A stretch of DNA of 64,000 bases from an uncultured Planctomycetaceae bacterium. GTDB lineage: Bacteria; Planctomycetota; Phycisphaerae; SM23-33. The stretch spans positions 7,670 through 71,669 of the forward strand of contig CAYYMD010000005.1 in assembly GCA_964472875.1 (NCBI GenBank). Direction: 5' to 3'. Shown here piece after piece: positions 37,383 through 46,385 of this stretch (position 1 is its first letter; each line of letters starts with the position of its first letter). A program made the position numbers and the translations under genes. The notes under the pieces are model-generated. The model ran no database searches, was not told the DNA's origin, and saw nothing but the letters and a program-made list of their open reading frames with translations.

Positions 37383-38189
37383 TTATTTTCCTTCAAAATG
37401 AGACAGATCAATCTTCCCCTCCCCCAGAACGGGAAGTTTACCGACTTGGCATTTATATTTCCATGCCTGATTGCGCATCGGTCTAATCAATCCTATAGAA
37501 TTGGGGCGAACCAGCAGGACCGCAACGCCTTTGCGCCTCTTCGCCGTACGGGAGAACACTTTAGCCAGTTCGGAAGAGTTTCCTATATCTTTCTGGTGAA
37601 TACGTACCGGCGGATCGCTGCTGTGGATTATAACATGGGGGTTGTCGAGTTCTATAAAAGCCGGCTGCATATTAACCCCGGAGCCGCTGGCGCGTATGCT
37701 GACACGCGGTTTCCTCAAAGATTGCTTTTCCTCCAGTTGCTGTTTGAGTTGCTTAATTTTCTCCTGCTGTTTGTGATATTGCTGCTGAAATGTTTGGATT
37801 CTCAGTTTCAGTCTTTCGGCTTCTTCCAGGCGCTTGGCTACTTCGCCGCTTTGCCTTTTAATTCTTTTCAACCGAACCTGTAACTGCTCAAGTTGTTGGC
37901 GATTCTTATTTAACTGATCGTTCAGTTTTTGGGCTTCATCGATTCGTTTTTGCAGTTGAGCAATCTGGTCGCTACGCTCCTTGTCGGAGCGGACCAACTG
38001 CGCATATCGTTGGGCCCGCTTTTTTGCCTCGACCAGTTCTCGCTCCGCTTTGGCTACCGCCTGCGGGTCCAATTGCCCCAGGGCCATAGCCGTGATCATC
38101 AATGTCAGAGTGCCTATTACACACGCCAGGATGCTCAGGAACGGAAACAGGGAAACGATATTCGCATTTTTACGCTTTCGACGGGCCAT
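37383..38189 (-). CDS. Single-pass coiled-coil membrane protein, ExbD-like architecture without TM Asp (operon gene 2)
   Basis: 268 aa. A basic N-terminus and TM segment (MARRKRKNANIVSLFPFLSILACVIGTLTLMITAMAL) are followed by a coiled coil of about 110 aa (RIDEAQKLNDQLNKNRQQLEQLQVRLKRIKRQ). The C-terminal domain reads GVAVLLVRPNSIGLIRPMRNQAWKYKCQVGKLPV, which resembles the ExbD periplasmic domain. Confidence 0.5.
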   Translation of the reverse strand: MARRKRKNANIVSLFPFLSILACVIGTLTLMITAMALGQLDPQAVAKAERELVEAKKRAQRYAQLVRSDKERSDQIAQLQKRIDEAQKLNDQLNKNRQQLEQLQVRLKRIKRQSGEVAKRLEEAERLKLRIQTFQQQYHKQQEKIKQLKQQLEEKQSLRKPRVSIRASGSGVNMQPAFIELDNPHVIIHSSDPPVRIHQKDIGNSSELAKVFSRTAKRRKGVAVLLVRPNSIGLIRPMRNQAWKYKCQVGKLPVLGEGKIDLSHFEGK

Positions 38190-39561
38190 TACCTTTGTTT
38201 TTCTTCCTCAGAGCGCCCCAGTTGAATAAACCGCGCTTCCGCACCTCCACGACGACATGTTCATGCCCGAGTTTTTCCAGCACCCGGTTCAGCGATGCCA
38301 TCCCCTCTTCCAGGCCGGTGAAGCAGCGATGAATTCTATCCGTCGTTTCAGTCAGCGACTGACTTAATTCGGTGTGCGCAGACTTCGAGCGTTCGCTGAT
38401 GGTCTCCATATTCGCGGCTGCTTCCTGCCCGACAACCTCGGCTTGTTCATGTATCGTTTGGGCGATATGCTCCATCTGGGCGATTTGAGACTCATGAAGT
38501 TCGGTAACTTTTTCCTGCACTTGTCTGATTTCGGAGTAAACTTCCGGTGCAAGTTGCCCCGTGGCCGAGGCACCGCCACCACCGTCGTCCAGCCGTTTAA
38601 GCAGGTTTTCGTTGCAGTACTCATCGACCCAATTGAGCAGGTCGTCCTCGCTCTTTTGCAGTGCGTGGGAGGGTATGGCGATTATCAGACTCATCACCAG
38701 CGCCACAAGCGTGGTGTCGAATGCGATGCCGAGCCCGGTTGTTACAGTGCCGAGTTTCGCCTTGAGGTCTTCGATGTCGGCGCCGGAATCCAGTTCACCG
38801 CTGAATCCGCCAACCGCGGCGCTGATGCCGATTACCGTACCAATAAACCCCAGAATAGGAATCGCCCACGTGAAAACGCGCACAAGCGTGTAACTGGACT
38901 CAACGGCATTGGCGTCAATATCAGACTGACTGTTCATCAGCGAGGCAACCTCACCGTTATTTCGACGAGCCGTGAAATGCTCCAGGCCACGAAGTACACG
39001 GTTTATCATGAAACTTCCGGAAGCCCGCACGGGCAACTTTCTGACGTGAGAGATGAACTTCTCGGCGTTGTGAGCAGTTATGGTGTCGGCTATTATATTG
39101 GGCAGGACATCGAACAGCATTACGTCGCGATGTCGTCGATGACGCAGCCATTTAAGCACAAGTATCGCTACCGACCATCCGAATAGAAGAACCAGCACGA
39201 ACGGAACCCACCCGCGCCGCCAGAACAAGTCGTGGAAATAAGTTCCTTTAAAGGGCAGGATAACCACCATGAACGCTGCGGCGATTATCAAGCCAACTAT
39301 AAAACTTCGAAGCGGGCTTACATTAACGCCCGTGCCGCCGAGTTCCGCCACGGCTTTACTGGCTACCTTTTTTGAAGTCTTAGCGGATATTTTCTCCGAG
39401 GTTGTTTCCGCGGGCCTGGCCGTGGGAATCGTCGCTTTAGATTGACAAGGAATTATTACCGTATTCTTACAGTATGGACAACGTGCTTTTTTACCCCTTT
39501 TGTCCTCTTGTGCCCGAAGATCTTTGCCACAGTGTTCACATGTGAATTTAAAGTAATTCAT
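38170..39561 (-). CDS. Zinc-ribbon-MotA/TolQ/ExbB-family channel fusion with helical C-terminal tail (operon gene 1)
   Basis: 463 aa. The N-terminal CxxC...CxxC is FTCEHCGKDLRAQEDKRGKKARCPYCKN. Two TM segments and a soluble loop follow. The ExbB-like core is WAIPILGFIGTVIGISAAVGGF...GLGIAFDTTLVALVMSLIIAIP. A Q/E-rich helical tail of about 150 aa completes it. It overlaps gene 2 by 20 nt. Confidence 0.75.
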   Translation of the reverse strand: MNYFKFTCEHCGKDLRAQEDKRGKKARCPYCKNTVIIPCQSKATIPTARPAETTSEKISAKTSKKVASKAVAELGGTGVNVSPLRSFIVGLIIAAAFMVVILPFKGTYFHDLFWRRGWVPFVLVLLFGWSVAILVLKWLRHRRHRDVMLFDVLPNIIADTITAHNAEKFISHVRKLPVRASGSFMINRVLRGLEHFTARRNNGEVASLMNSQSDIDANAVESSYTLVRVFTWAIPILGFIGTVIGISAAVGGFSGELDSGADIEDLKAKLGTVTTGLGIAFDTTLVALVMSLIIAIPSHALQKSEDDLLNWVDEYCNENLLKRLDDGGGGASATGQLAPEVYSEIRQVQEKVTELHESQIAQMEHIAQTIHEQAEVVGQEAAANMETISERSKSAHTELSQSLTETTDRIHRCFTGLEEGMASLNRVLEKLGHEHVVVEVRKRGLFNWGALRKKNKGNGPSKA

Positions 39562-39615
39562 TTTATTGACAACTTCTCCAATTTTTATCGGTCAACTTTA
39601 CTCATTGACTCATTG

Positions 39616-39644
39616 ATTATAGCAACAACCACCACCTTTGAAAA
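39616..39644 (-). promoter_or_regulatory. Candidate sigma70-type promoter for the MotA-like operon
   Basis: On the minus strand TTTTCA - 17 nt - TATAAT is followed by the direct repeat GTCAATGAG TCAATGAG. It lies about 55 nt upstream of the ATG at 39561. This is a pattern match only. Confidence 0.3.
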
Positions 39645-39881
39645 TGGGTTTCAGTGTAAGAGAGGTTTGCTTTGTAAGGATTTTTGCGGGGCCGTGGTGG
39701 TTGAAGGACACGGATTGAGGCGATCCGGCAAGGTGCGGCAGAATGAAAACACCGTTCTAAAGCGGAATTTGCTCCACACAACAGATCAACGGCTCATCGT
39801 GAGGGCTTTGACGGCCTGATAGCGCAGAGTTCCCCCGCAGGGACACATAAACGCCATAGATTTTCGGCTCCGGCGCCCCCC

Positions 39882-40031
39882 CTAAGCCACCTTCACCAGA
39901 GACCGAAGGTGCGGCTTTTGCTTCTCCCTGATACGGCCCAAGGCCATCGCCAGCATCACCAGCAGCGACAGACCGATCCGAAGACGCATCTTGGCCAGCC
40001 CACGAATAAAGTGATCCTCGAACCCAAAAGA
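39882..40031 (-). pseudogene. C-terminal remnant of an IS1182/IS5-type DDE transposase
   Basis: The tail of ORF 39882..40151 reads SFGFEDHFIRGLAKMRLRIGLSLLVMLAMALGRI. This resembles the conserved transposase C-terminus (FG.iK...g.rrFl.RGL.KV..e..L...A.NL.ri). No DDE core is present. Confidence 0.35.
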
Positions 40032-40174
40032 CACATCCGGTCCCCTCTTAAGCTTCATCCCGCACCGGATTTGAGCGGTGCGGGACTTCGGTGGACATGT
40101 TATATTGATTAAAACCTCTAACAATATGCTACTGACTTCGTTCGGCTGCATCGCCGAGGCGCTGCGTCGAACAG

Positions 40175-41578
40175 CTAATGGGTCGCTATTTTGAAATACT
40201 TTTTACATCGGCCTACGACATCCGGCTTTTTCTTGGCCAAATCATTTTTTTCGGCGATATCGTTTTCAAGGTCATACAGTGCGAATCCGCGTTTGCCGCA
40301 TCGGTGCAGTTTCCACTTACCGACCCGAATCACCCGTTTCCAGTAAAGGTACTCGTGCTTTTTTTGTTGGTCTGTGCGGCCCAGCAGTTCGGGCGAATAA
40401 CTGATTCCGTCTATATCCGAGGGCGGTTCGACCCCAGCCAGTTCGCAGGCCGTCGGCAAGAAATCCCAGAACGCGCTGGGATGATCGCTGGTACGGCCGG
40501 GATCGATCCTGCTGGGCCAGCGGGCGATGGTGGGCACGCGGATGCCTCCTTCTCGCAAAGACCGCTTTCCTCCTGAAAGCGGCCCGTTGCTGTTGAAAAA
40601 CTTCATAGACTGCCCGCCTTCGCCCGACGGGCCATTATCACTACTGAATATAACCAACGTGTTCTCGCTGAGATTCAGTTCATCCAGCAAGTCCAGTATG
40701 CGCCCGATATCGCGGTCCATCCGCGATATCATTCCGGCATATGTAGCGTTCGGGTGGCTCTGCCCGCAGTAGCCATTCTTGTATTGGCTACCGTAAGCGC
40801 CGCCGCCAGTATTTCCCTTGCCCTCGATTTTGGGCGTCTCCGGCCAGCCATTCTCCAGGTAGGGCTTCAAGGAATCTTGCGGCACAGTCAGTTCCGCATG
40901 TGGAATCGTGTAGGGCAAATAGAGAAAAAACGGATGGTCCTTGTTCTTTTTTATCCAGCCAAGTGCCTCTTTTGTAAATTCGTCGTGGCTGTAGGTCCCC
41001 TTGCCCGGGATGTATTCTCCGTTTTTCCGCAGTTTGTGATTTTCCGGGTATTTGACCTTTTTGTCGTTGCGCCACAGGAAACCCGGATAGTAAAAGTGCG
41101 CGAAGCCCTGGTTGTCGTATCCGAACCAGTGGTCGAAACCCTTGTTGTTGGGACTGCCCGGGTGTCCCGGCCGGCCGAGCAATCCCCATTTGCCTATCAT
41201 GCAGGTTTTGTATCCCGCCTGTTTCATGAGCATGGCGACCGTAACGTCTTGATTTTTCAAGCGGCCGCCGTTACGGGTTACTCTTGCGTGTCCCATATGC
41301 TTGCCGGTCATTAGGGAGCAGCGCGAGGGCGAACAGACCGTGTACCCGGCGTAATGATCTGTGAACCGCAGTCCCTCGGCGGCCATTTTGTCCAAGCGCG
41401 GAGTTTTAATCCTCTTCTGGCCGTAGCAGCCGAGGTCGCCGTAGCCAAGGTCGTCCGCCAGGATAAATACTATGTTGGGGCGGCGAGGGGACTTCTCGCC
41501 TGACACGGCGCGGGCCAGCGCCGGGATCGCGGCGCATGCAGTCATGCTCTTTAGAAATTCTCTGCGGTTTTTAATCAT
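40175..41578 (-). CDS. Arylsulfatase (formylglycine-dependent sulfatase family), Tat/Sec-exported
   Basis: A Tat-like leader (MIKNRREFLKSMTACAAIPALA) is present. The sulfatase signature is CSPSRCSLMTG, with NIVFILADDLGYGDLG at the N-terminus. Confidence 0.9.
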   Translation of the reverse strand: MIKNRREFLKSMTACAAIPALARAVSGEKSPRRPNIVFILADDLGYGDLGCYGQKRIKTPRLDKMAAEGLRFTDHYAGYTVCSPSRCSLMTGKHMGHARVTRNGGRLKNQDVTVAMLMKQAGYKTCMIGKWGLLGRPGHPGSPNNKGFDHWFGYDNQGFAHFYYPGFLWRNDKKVKYPENHKLRKNGEYIPGKGTYSHDEFTKEALGWIKKNKDHPFFLYLPYTIPHAELTVPQDSLKPYLENGWPETPKIEGKGNTGGGAYGSQYKNGYCGQSHPNATYAGMISRMDRDIGRILDLLDELNLSENTLVIFSSDNGPSGEGGQSMKFFNSNGPLSGGKRSLREGGIRVPTIARWPSRIDPGRTSDHPSAFWDFLPTACELAGVEPPSDIDGISYSPELLGRTDQQKKHEYLYWKRVIRVGKWKLHRCGKRGFALYDLENDIAEKNDLAKKKPDVVGRCKKYFKIATH

Positions 41579-41858
41579 GGCAAATCCTTTACCTCGTTTT
41601 GCAGCAAAAAAGATTCTCTCTCATTATTCCCAACCGATAAATACGGCCGACGTTTCGGATGATCATATCCCAAATAAGTGGCGAAAGAAATCTTCTGTCA
41701 TAAAAGGACAATGACATGCTTGCGGTACAGTAAGAAGAACAGGACCGACTGACTCCATAGCGAGATCCGCCTTCAGTCTCGGCTTGTGCTTTGTTCCACA
41801 CCGGCCCGCACACACCATGGCTCCGGAAAAATTGTCATAAAGCAACCCGTCCCGCACA

Positions 41859-43079
41859 CTACTTACTTTTCAATTCCCTCGCTTTGGCCAGGGCCTCCCG
41901 GCGTGTGGTGAGTTGTTCGTTGAGTTGTGCGTCGTAGAGTTTTCTAAGCACCCGGCCGAGGCGCGGCCCCTGTTTGTAGCCCATTTTCATCAGGTCCCGG
42001 CCGGTCACTAAAGGCGGCGGCGCGATTTTGTCTTCGGGGATTTTCCCCGCCCGGGCGGCTATGCGGCGGCACTGCGTGTCGGAGCCGGTGAGGCGCTCTT
42101 CCTCCACGCGCCACAGGGCATGCAGGCGACGGTAATCCTCATCGGCAAGGATGCGCTTGAAATCGCACAGCGGCAACTCGGCCGCTTCGCGCCATGCATC
42201 GAGTTTGTCGGCCAGTTTGCACAGCGTCGCGCGCAGCCGGTTAGACCCGCCCCAGCGGCGGATAATTTTGCTCACCTGCGACTGCGACAGCCCCGCCAGC
42301 AGGCCGCCGAGCGTCAGCACCCAGTCGCGCCTGCGGCAAAGCGCTTCGGCCCGGGCGAACCCGTCGCGCCACAAATCCTTTGACGAGAACAGTTCCGGCA
42401 AAACTGCGCCGGCGAGGTTGAGTTTGTTCAGCATCTCCAGCGCCACTGCCGCCGACTCTCGCGCGAGCATGCTGCTCATCTCATCCAGTATGCGCTCGCC
42501 GCTGATTGAGGTGATTTTCGGTGCGTGTTTTTTGATGGCAGCGGCTGTGGTCGGTGCGATTTTAAACTCCAGCCGAGCCGCGAACCGTACAGCCCGCATC
42601 ATCCGCAGGTAATCCTCGCCGAAGCGCTCGTCAGGCGCTCCGATGGTTCGGATGACGCCCTTTTTCAAATCCTCCCGACCGCCGACGTAATCCACCACCT
42701 TATCGGCCAGCGGGTCGTAGAACATGCCGTTTATGGTGAAGTCCCGCCGCTTGGCGTCTTCCTTTGCGGAGGTGAATCGGACGCCGGCCGGCCGCCGCCC
42801 GTTGCTGTATGACATATCGCTGCGGAAGGTGGTGACCTCGACCTTGCGGCCGCGCATAAGAACCATCGCCACGCCGAATTTTGCGCCGACCATCAGCACG
42901 CGGCGGAATATCCGCTGCACCTGCTGCGGCGTGGCGTCGGTGGCGATGTCGTAGTCCTCGGCCCTGCCGCCCAGCAGCATGTCCCTTACGCATCCGCCGG
43001 CGAAGTAGGCCTGATGTCCGGCGGAGTGCAGTTTGCGCAGAACGCGGACGGCGGTTTTTTTATCGGCGGATTCAGCCAC
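41859..43079 (-). CDS. cca: CCA-adding tRNA nucleotidyltransferase / poly(A) polymerase family protein
   Basis: The motifs are FAGGCVRDMLLGGRAEDYDIAT and RRDFTINGMFYD. Confidence 0.85.
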   Translation of the reverse strand: MAESADKKTAVRVLRKLHSAGHQAYFAGGCVRDMLLGGRAEDYDIATDATPQQVQRIFRRVLMVGAKFGVAMVLMRGRKVEVTTFRSDMSYSNGRRPAGVRFTSAKEDAKRRDFTINGMFYDPLADKVVDYVGGREDLKKGVIRTIGAPDERFGEDYLRMMRAVRFAARLEFKIAPTTAAAIKKHAPKITSISGERILDEMSSMLARESAAVALEMLNKLNLAGAVLPELFSSKDLWRDGFARAEALCRRRDWVLTLGGLLAGLSQSQVSKIIRRWGGSNRLRATLCKLADKLDAWREAAELPLCDFKRILADEDYRRLHALWRVEEERLTGSDTQCRRIAARAGKIPEDKIAPPPLVTGRDLMKMGYKQGPRLGRVLRKLYDAQLNEQLTTRREALAKARELKSK

Positions 43080-43228
43080 GGCGGCATTTTAACGCCGAAG
43101 CGGCCGTAAAATAAGCGCAATTTGCTGTTCCATCGCGAAAGGCGGATTAAAATCGCGAACTTGTCATTATGAGCGGCTACATAAACTTCTTGCCACGGGT
43201 CGGCACATGAGTTCAAAATATTTGGGTT

Positions 43229-44536
43229 ATGCCACGAAGAGAATCAAAATCACGAGCGGCGTTCGACCGATCCGAGAAGGTTCTGGTCGGCGGGGTGAAT
43301 TCACCCGTCCGCGCCTACGGTGCGGTGGGCGGCACGCCACCGGTCATTGACCGGGCGGTCGGCGCCTCTATAACGGATGTGGACGGCAACACATACGTGG
43401 ATTACGTATGCGGTTACGGTCCGGCCATACTCGGCCACGCGCACGAGCGGGTGGTAACGGCCATCAACAAGGCGGTCCGCAAAGGCGTGGTTTTCGGCGC
43501 TCCGTGCGTGGCCGAGACAAAACTCGCCGAGGCAATAGTCGCGGCCGTGGATTCCATCGAAAACGTGCGGTTCGTCTCGTCCGGAACCGAAGCGGTGATG
43601 TCTGCGGTCCGGCTGGCGCGAGCTGCCACAGGACGCGATAAGATAATTAAGGCGGTGGGCTGTTATCACGGCCACTCCGACGCGATGCTGGTCTCTGCCG
43701 GCAGCGGCGCGGCCACTCTGGGTGTTCCGTCCAGCCCGGGTGTCACATGCGGCGCGGCGGCCGACACAATAGCAGTCGGCTACAACGACCTGGATGCGGC
43801 GCGGCAGACTTTCAGCCACTACGGGGATGAAATCGCCGCCGTCCTGGTGGAACCTGTGGCCGGCAACATGGGCGTCATACCTCCGGCCGAAGGATACCTC
43901 GAAGGTCTGCGGCAGCTTTGCGACGAGCATTCCGCGCTGCTGATTTTCGACGAGGTTATAACGGGTTTCAGGGTCTCTTACGGCGGCGCGCAGAAATTGT
44001 ACGGCGTAAGGCCGGATCTGACGACCCTCGGCAAAATAATCGGCGGCGGCCTGCCCGTGGGCGCACTGGGCGGCCCGAAAGACCTCATGAAAGAACTGAT
44101 GCCGCTCGGCAAGGTTTACCAGGCCGGCACGCTATCCGGCTCGCCGGCGGCGATGGCCGCCGGACTGGCCGTGCTGCAGGTATTGCAGGAGAAGGGATTT
44201 TACAACCGGCTGGAGAAGATTTCGGCCGCCGTTCAGGACGCCCTGGAGCAGGCGGCGGTCGGTGCAGATGTCGACTCGAAGATATGCATAAACCGCGTGG
44301 CGAGCATGATGTGCTGCTTCTTCAATCCCGGACCAGTCAGAGATTTCGCCTCGGCCGGCCGGTCCAACACAGATGCCTACGCCTCGTATATGCACAAGAT
44401 GCTCGCCGGCGGCGTTTACCTGGCGCCGAGCCAGTACGAGGCAATGTTCGTATCCGCCGCGCACGGCCCGGACGACGTGTCCAAAACACAACAGGCGGCC
44501 GAAGCCGCTTTCGCCGACGTAGCTAAACTTATGTAG
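43229..44536 (+). CDS. hemL: Glutamate-1-semialdehyde 2,1-aminomutase
   Basis: Motifs seen are GGVNSPVRAY, FVSSGTEAVMSAVRLAR, LIFDEVITGFR and YQAGTLSGSPAAMAAG. Confidence 0.95.
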   Translation: MPRRESKSRAAFDRSEKVLVGGVNSPVRAYGAVGGTPPVIDRAVGASITDVDGNTYVDYVCGYGPAILGHAHERVVTAINKAVRKGVVFGAPCVAETKLAEAIVAAVDSIENVRFVSSGTEAVMSAVRLARAATGRDKIIKAVGCYHGHSDAMLVSAGSGAATLGVPSSPGVTCGAAADTIAVGYNDLDAARQTFSHYGDEIAAVLVEPVAGNMGVIPPAEGYLEGLRQLCDEHSALLIFDEVITGFRVSYGGAQKLYGVRPDLTTLGKIIGGGLPVGALGGPKDLMKELMPLGKVYQAGTLSGSPAAMAAGLAVLQVLQEKGFYNRLEKISAAVQDALEQAAVGADVDSKICINRVASMMCCFFNPGPVRDFASAGRSNTDAYASYMHKMLAGGVYLAPSQYEAMFVSAAHGPDDVSKTQQAAEAAFADVAKLM

Positions 44537-44641
44537 AACACCCGTGTACGTCGATAAATATATGCGTAATACGGCTGCGAAACCGTTCAAAATAGATGTA
44601 TAAGAACAATTCAAACGACAGCCCTTTTACAGGAGCAAATT

Positions 44642-45325
44642 ATGGAACAGCCGGACTCACAGGCAATGGAATATGCGGCGGCGTTTAAGACAATCAGATG
44701 CGCCAAGAATTTGTTCATTTTTCTGGTTCTGGCGGCGATAGTGGTTCAGCTGGCCAGCTTCGTCATGGTGGAATTCGTCGGCGTGGCGGATGAGATGTAT
44801 GCGGCGAGTACTGCCGGCGGCGTGGAAACGAAGCCCGCCGAAGCAAGCCCAAACGGCTGGGTCGAGCTGATGCACTGGTTGCTGCCGGGAGTGAAATTCG
44901 TGGCAGTGGTGGCGGCCGCGATTCTGTCGCTGACTCTGCTGGTGGGTTTGAAGATATCGCTGGTAGGCCGCCTGGGCGGAGCGGCCGGGCTGGTAAGCGC
45001 GTTTTTCTGGTCTCTTATCCTGCTGGCAATGGTCACACCCTGGCAGAAGGTGCTCAACAGTAGTTTCGCGTGCGGCGCGCTGTATAACTATGGCCATCTC
45101 GCCGGCGAGGCCGCGAAGATAAAGCCCTCCTGGGGCGCTGCCGGCGTTGGCCTTGTGGACAAAATTCTCTACTACGCGCGGTTTATCGCCTATCCGGTGT
45201 TGGCCGTTTTCGTTCTGCTGATAGTGCAGGTAAAGTGGAGTCGCGGATTCTCGCAGATGATATCCCCGCCCAAGCAACAGCCGCAGCGGCCGAGCGAACC
45301 GCCCGCCGAACAGCCGGAACAATAA
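44642..45325 (+). CDS. Integral membrane protein of unknown function with Pro/Gln-rich tail
   Basis: 227 aa with about 4-5 hydrophobic helices. The C-terminus is PPKQQPQRPSEPPAEQPEQ. I recognise no family. Confidence 0.6.
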   Translation: MEQPDSQAMEYAAAFKTIRCAKNLFIFLVLAAIVVQLASFVMVEFVGVADEMYAASTAGGVETKPAEASPNGWVELMHWLLPGVKFVAVVAAAILSLTLLVGLKISLVGRLGGAAGLVSAFFWSLILLAMVTPWQKVLNSSFACGALYNYGHLAGEAAKIKPSWGAAGVGLVDKILYYARFIAYPVLAVFVLLIVQVKWSRGFSQMISPPKQQPQRPSEPPAEQPEQ

Positions 45326-45379
45326 ACTTATATGCAAAGCAAATTATGAACGACGACGCCGGAACGCCGCCGCGCCATT

Positions 45380-45411
45380 AAAAAAAGCCCACGGTATTGC
45401 CGTGGGCTTTA
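45380..45411. terminator. Bidirectional rho-independent terminator
   Basis: The hairpin is AGCCCACGG-TATTG-CCGTGGGCT (9-bp stem). It has an A-run on the left and TTT on the right, and lies between convergent genes. Confidence 0.65.
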
Positions 45412-45433
45412 ATCCCGAAACCTATCCGAATAT

Positions 45434-46204
45434 TTACGTTCTGCGCTTGCGCAGCAGAGTGATTAAGCCCCCGCCCAACAGCAGCGCAAAGGCAGCCGGC
45501 TCGGGAACAAACTCGAAATCGTCGAAGTAGGCGTCGATTTCTACATCCATTTCGTCGCCCTGGTTTTGACCACCCGGCTCGCCGCTGTTGCGTAAGCAGT
45601 TGGTCAGCGCAGTGATGGTGAACTTGTAATCTTCGATGTTATCAATAACGTTCTGGTCAGTAATATTGATCTCGTACATTTTGAAAGCGTCATCATTGAT
45701 TGAGACCTCATTTATGTCTTCGATGCTACTGTCCGTTTTCTTCTCCCATGTGAGAGTAACGGAAATCTGTCTGGCAGTTGGCGTTTCTGCTATACCGTCT
45801 CTTTTGTAAACCGATGACGCTTTAAATCTCAGCTTCGTTGTGTCCTCGGGCGCTTCGAGCATTACGCCGCTTTCCGGCTGAATAAGCGTAACGGTGGCTA
45901 CGTCAATTGTGCTGGGGAGCACCCACTCGCTGCCGTTCCAATTGTATTTAATTTCAGTGTCAGCGTGGAAAGTATCAGAGTTATCGGAATAGTCCACGAT
46001 TTCGTGTGAAGCTAATCCGGCACCAAATTCTGAATCACTGACATCCCAGTTTGCTGTACTGCCGCCTCCTGTAGAAAAGTCCCCGTTAATGATGTCCGCA
46101 CGCGCGTAGCTGCACGCCATTACGATAATCGTCGTCGCCAATGTCCTCAATGTTTTCGCCTTCATGATTCGGCCCTCGATTTTACGTCTATACTGTCCGG
46201 GCAC
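45434..46204 (-). CDS. PEP-CTERM sorting-domain surface protein
   Basis: The C-terminus VPEPAAFALLLGGGLITLLRKRRT combines the PEP motif, a TM segment and a basic tail. The signal peptide begins at the internal MKAKTLRTLATTIIVMA. Confidence 0.75.
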   Translation of the reverse strand: MPGQYRRKIEGRIMKAKTLRTLATTIIVMACSYARADIINGDFSTGGGSTANWDVSDSEFGAGLASHEIVDYSDNSDTFHADTEIKYNWNGSEWVLPSTIDVATVTLIQPESGVMLEAPEDTTKLRFKASSVYKRDGIAETPTARQISVTLTWEKKTDSSIEDINEVSINDDAFKMYEINITDQNVIDNIEDYKFTITALTNCLRNSGEPGGQNQGDEMDVEIDAYFDDFEFVPEPAAFALLLGGGLITLLRKRRT

Positions 46205-46358
46205 ACTGCGCCGCCCGGAATGACGCGAGCATTTTTTTCAATCGAGCTGCCTCACATAAGCTTCAAGACGTGAATTACATCGTCACATCCATTTCCTCCC
46301 GGCTAATTTATCTTACCTCGGAAATGTGTTTTCACAAAGCACAAAATGCCGGTTGCCG

Positions 46359-46385
46359 TAAAAAATTACGCATTCGCGCGTAATT
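46359..46385 (-). terminator. Rho-independent terminator of the hyp operon
   Basis: On the minus strand AATTACGC-GCGAAT-GCGTAATT (8-bp stem) directly follows the hypE stop. A TTTTTT run follows the stem. Confidence 0.6.
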
